Positions 22,523 to 24,000 of a stretch of 24,000 nucleotides of DNA are shown piece after piece (positions within the stretch are counted from its first letter, which is position 1; each line of letters begins with the position of its first letter). Source of the DNA: Alphaproteobacteria bacterium (GTDB taxonomy: Bacteria; Pseudomonadota; Alphaproteobacteria; Rickettsiales; UBA3002); assembly GCA_022841525.1 (NCBI GenBank), contig JALHRI010000011.1, positions 1-24,000 on the forward strand. Reading direction: 5' to 3'. Both the position numbers and the translations under genes were made by a program. The notes under the pieces are model-generated. The model saw nothing but the letters and a program-made list of their open reading frames with translations. It made no database searches and was not told the DNA's origin.

Positions 22523-22693
22523 AACGCTCTCCACGACTAGAAATTAGTAAAGTCCACCTCACCCTAGCATCCAATTGTTACACATTTATTAAGATGGATA
22601 AAATTTTTGTAATTTTTGCTGGATGATCACGATCCCCACCATCCACCGCTTCTTGTTTGCATGGCACGGCAATGTCGGCTAAGAATCCCATCT

Positions 22694-23476
22694 ATGTCGT
22701 TTGAACCCGTGTTTGAGCCTATTGTGCAAGGCTCGCTGGAAGTACGCCTGGCCATGAGCGAGGCGGAACTATTCAGTGCCCAGCGCCTGCGCTACCGCAT
22801 TTTCTGCGAGGAAATGGGTGCCGCCGCCAATCAGGATGTACAGACCCAAAAGCGCGATTTCGACCGCTTCGATGATGCCTGCCACCATGTGCTGGTGCTC
22901 GATCACACCCGCCCCGAGCCTGAGCGCGTGGTGGGCACCTACCGCTTGCTGACGCGCACGAACATGAAGCGTGTCGGTCATTTTTACACGGAAACTGAAT
23001 ACGACATCGCGCGCTTAAACGCGCTACAAGGTGAAGTGATGGAGCTGGGACGCTCGTGCGTGGAAGTGCCGTACCGCACCCGCCCCGTGATTCAGCTGCT
23101 CTGGAAAGGCATTGGTGCCTTCGTGGTCGCGCGCGACATTAAGGCGATGTTTGGCTGCGCCAGTTTCGCCGGCACCGATCCTAAAGCGCACATGCTTGCA
23201 CTTTCGTATTTGCATCATTTCCATCTGGCACCTGAACATCTGCGCCCGCGTGCGCTGGATCAGTACTACACCCCGATGAATCTGATGGCCAAAGAAGCGG
23301 TGGATGCGCGCTCGGCACTGAACGTCATGCCAACGCTGATTAAAGGCTACCTGCGGCTTGGCGGCATGGTTGGCGACGGCGCGGTGATCGATTATGCCTT
23401 CAACACCACCGATGTTTCCATCGTGCTGATGACCGATGCGATGCACGATAAATACGCCAAGCGCTACACTGCCTGA
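22694..23476 (+). CDS. olsB: Ornithine-lipid N-acyltransferase OlsB (GNAT family)
   Basis: GSLEVRLAMSEAELFSAQRLRYRIFCEEMGA...FDDACHHVLVLD...VVGTYRLL...LELGRSCV...LIKGYLRLGGMVGDGAVIDYAFNTTDV parallels S. meliloti OlsB (from memory). It is followed by an overlapping acyltransferase gene. The start is uncertain: ATG at 22694, ATG at 22661 or TTG at 22616. Confidence 0.85.
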   Translation: MSFEPVFEPIVQGSLEVRLAMSEAELFSAQRLRYRIFCEEMGAAANQDVQTQKRDFDRFDDACHHVLVLDHTRPEPERVVGTYRLLTRTNMKRVGHFYTETEYDIARLNALQGEVMELGRSCVEVPYRTRPVIQLLWKGIGAFVVARDIKAMFGCASFAGTDPKAHMLALSYLHHFHLAPEHLRPRALDQYYTPMNLMAKEAVDARSALNVMPTLIKGYLRLGGMVGDGAVIDYAFNTTDVSIVLMTDAMHDKYAKRYTA

Positions 23477-24000
23477 TGCCCTCCTCCTCTCGTGTTCGCG
23501 CTCTGTTTCGCACCGTGCTGATTGTGCTTTGGGTGCTGCTCTTGCTGCCGTTTGGACTGCTGCTTTATTTCACCGGGCAGAACCGACTGCGCGCAAGGCT
23601 GGTACATGTGTTTTATGTTGGCATGTGCCGTATTCTGTCCATTCGTATCACGCTGAAAGGAAGCGTTAGCGCGGCGCGGCCACTGCTGATTATCTCTAAT
23701 CACATCAGCTATCTGGATATATTTGTGCTCGGGGCAACCGCGCGCATGTCGTTTACGCCTAAGCACGATGTGCGCAGCTGGCCGCTGATCGGCTTTCTTT
23801 GCGTGCTTGCGGACTGCGTATTTGTGGAGCGCAAACCCAGCCAGATGCAAGAAGCGCGCGAGGCGATGCAAAAGCGTCTGAATGCTGGCCGTGCGGTATG
23901 TATTTTCCCCGAAGGCACTACCGGCAATGGCCGCGATGTTGCGCCGTTCAAAAGCGGATTTTTCAGCCTGACCGAACTGGTGGACATGCCCGTGCAACCG
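23476..24000 (+). CDS. olsA: Lyso-ornithine lipid O-acyltransferase (PlsC family), 5' part; continues beyond the window
   Basis: This ORF is not in the track because it has no stop within the window. My translation from the ATG at 23476 (1-nt overlap with the olsB TGA) is MPSSSRVRALFRTVLIVLWVLLLLPF...LLIISNHISYLDIFVL...VCIFPEGTTGNG. It contains the NHxxxxD and FPEGT acyltransferase motifs. Confidence 0.85.
   Translation, partial: MPSSSRVRALFRTVLIVLWVLLLLPFGLLLYFTGQNRLRARLVHVFYVGMCRILSIRITLKGSVSAARPLLIISNHISYLDIFVLGATARMSFTPKHDVRSWPLIGFLCVLADCVFVERKPSQMQEAREAMQKRLNAGRAVCIFPEGTTGNGRDVAPFKSGFFSLTELVDMPVQP

Noticed and set aside
20853-22622. 9-bp direct repeat TTTTGCTGG at 20853-20861 and 22614-22622 flanking the A+T-rich LysM-like gene, considered as a possible target-site duplication or att remnant
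   Set aside because: Nine bp is too short to exclude chance in a 24-kb window. The left copy lies inside the ORF. No integrase, transposase or inverted terminal repeats accompany it. It is kept only as a note supporting possible foreign origin.
23464-23997. 177-aa minus-strand ORF at the right edge of the window
   Set aside because: The plus-strand frame starting at 23476 carries the PlsC-family NHxxxxD and FPEGT motifs and is coupled to olsB. The minus-strand product has no recognisable features.

Overview
The window looks like a gene-dense, mostly housekeeping chromosomal segment from an alphaproteobacterium. The evidence for that placement is an NDUFA12-like gene, a Ros/MucR regulator, the olsB-olsA ornithine-lipid genes, a class I FBP aldolase and the dnaG-rpoD pair. 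I cannot place it more precisely. About 21 CDS are supported, in this order: lipoprotein fragment, NDUFA12-like, rpoD, dnaG, YgjP/M48-like hydrolase, PBP1A, cyaY, ABCB-type exporter, Pro-rich OmpA-like protein, inositol monophosphatase, thiE, class I fba, a small hypothetical ORF, pgk, a small orphan ORF, acs, truA, mucR-like, fur-like, a composite EF-hand/LysM-like protein, olsB, and olsA (partial). I found no rRNA, tRNA, CRISPR array, transposase, integrase or phage gene, and no convincing multi-gene defence or other novel system. The unusual content is small-scale. (1) A G/C-run palindromic element of about 105 bp is inserted in frame in acs and carries a 14-nt homopolymer. (2) Heptanucleotide tandem arrays lie inside a small ORF between pgk and fba, and also form an inverted pair that fills the acs-truA divergent spacer. 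(3) A perfect 30-bp tandem duplication encodes the C-terminus of an A+T-rich, apparently foreign EF-hand/LysM-like protein. (4) rpoD carries a histone-like Lys/Ala/Pro N-terminal tail of about 125 aa. (5) The MucR homologue has lost three of its four zinc ligands. (6) cyaY (frataxin) is translationally coupled to an ABCB exporter. Many long antisense ORFs in the six-frame track are shadows of the real genes in this GC-rich DNA.
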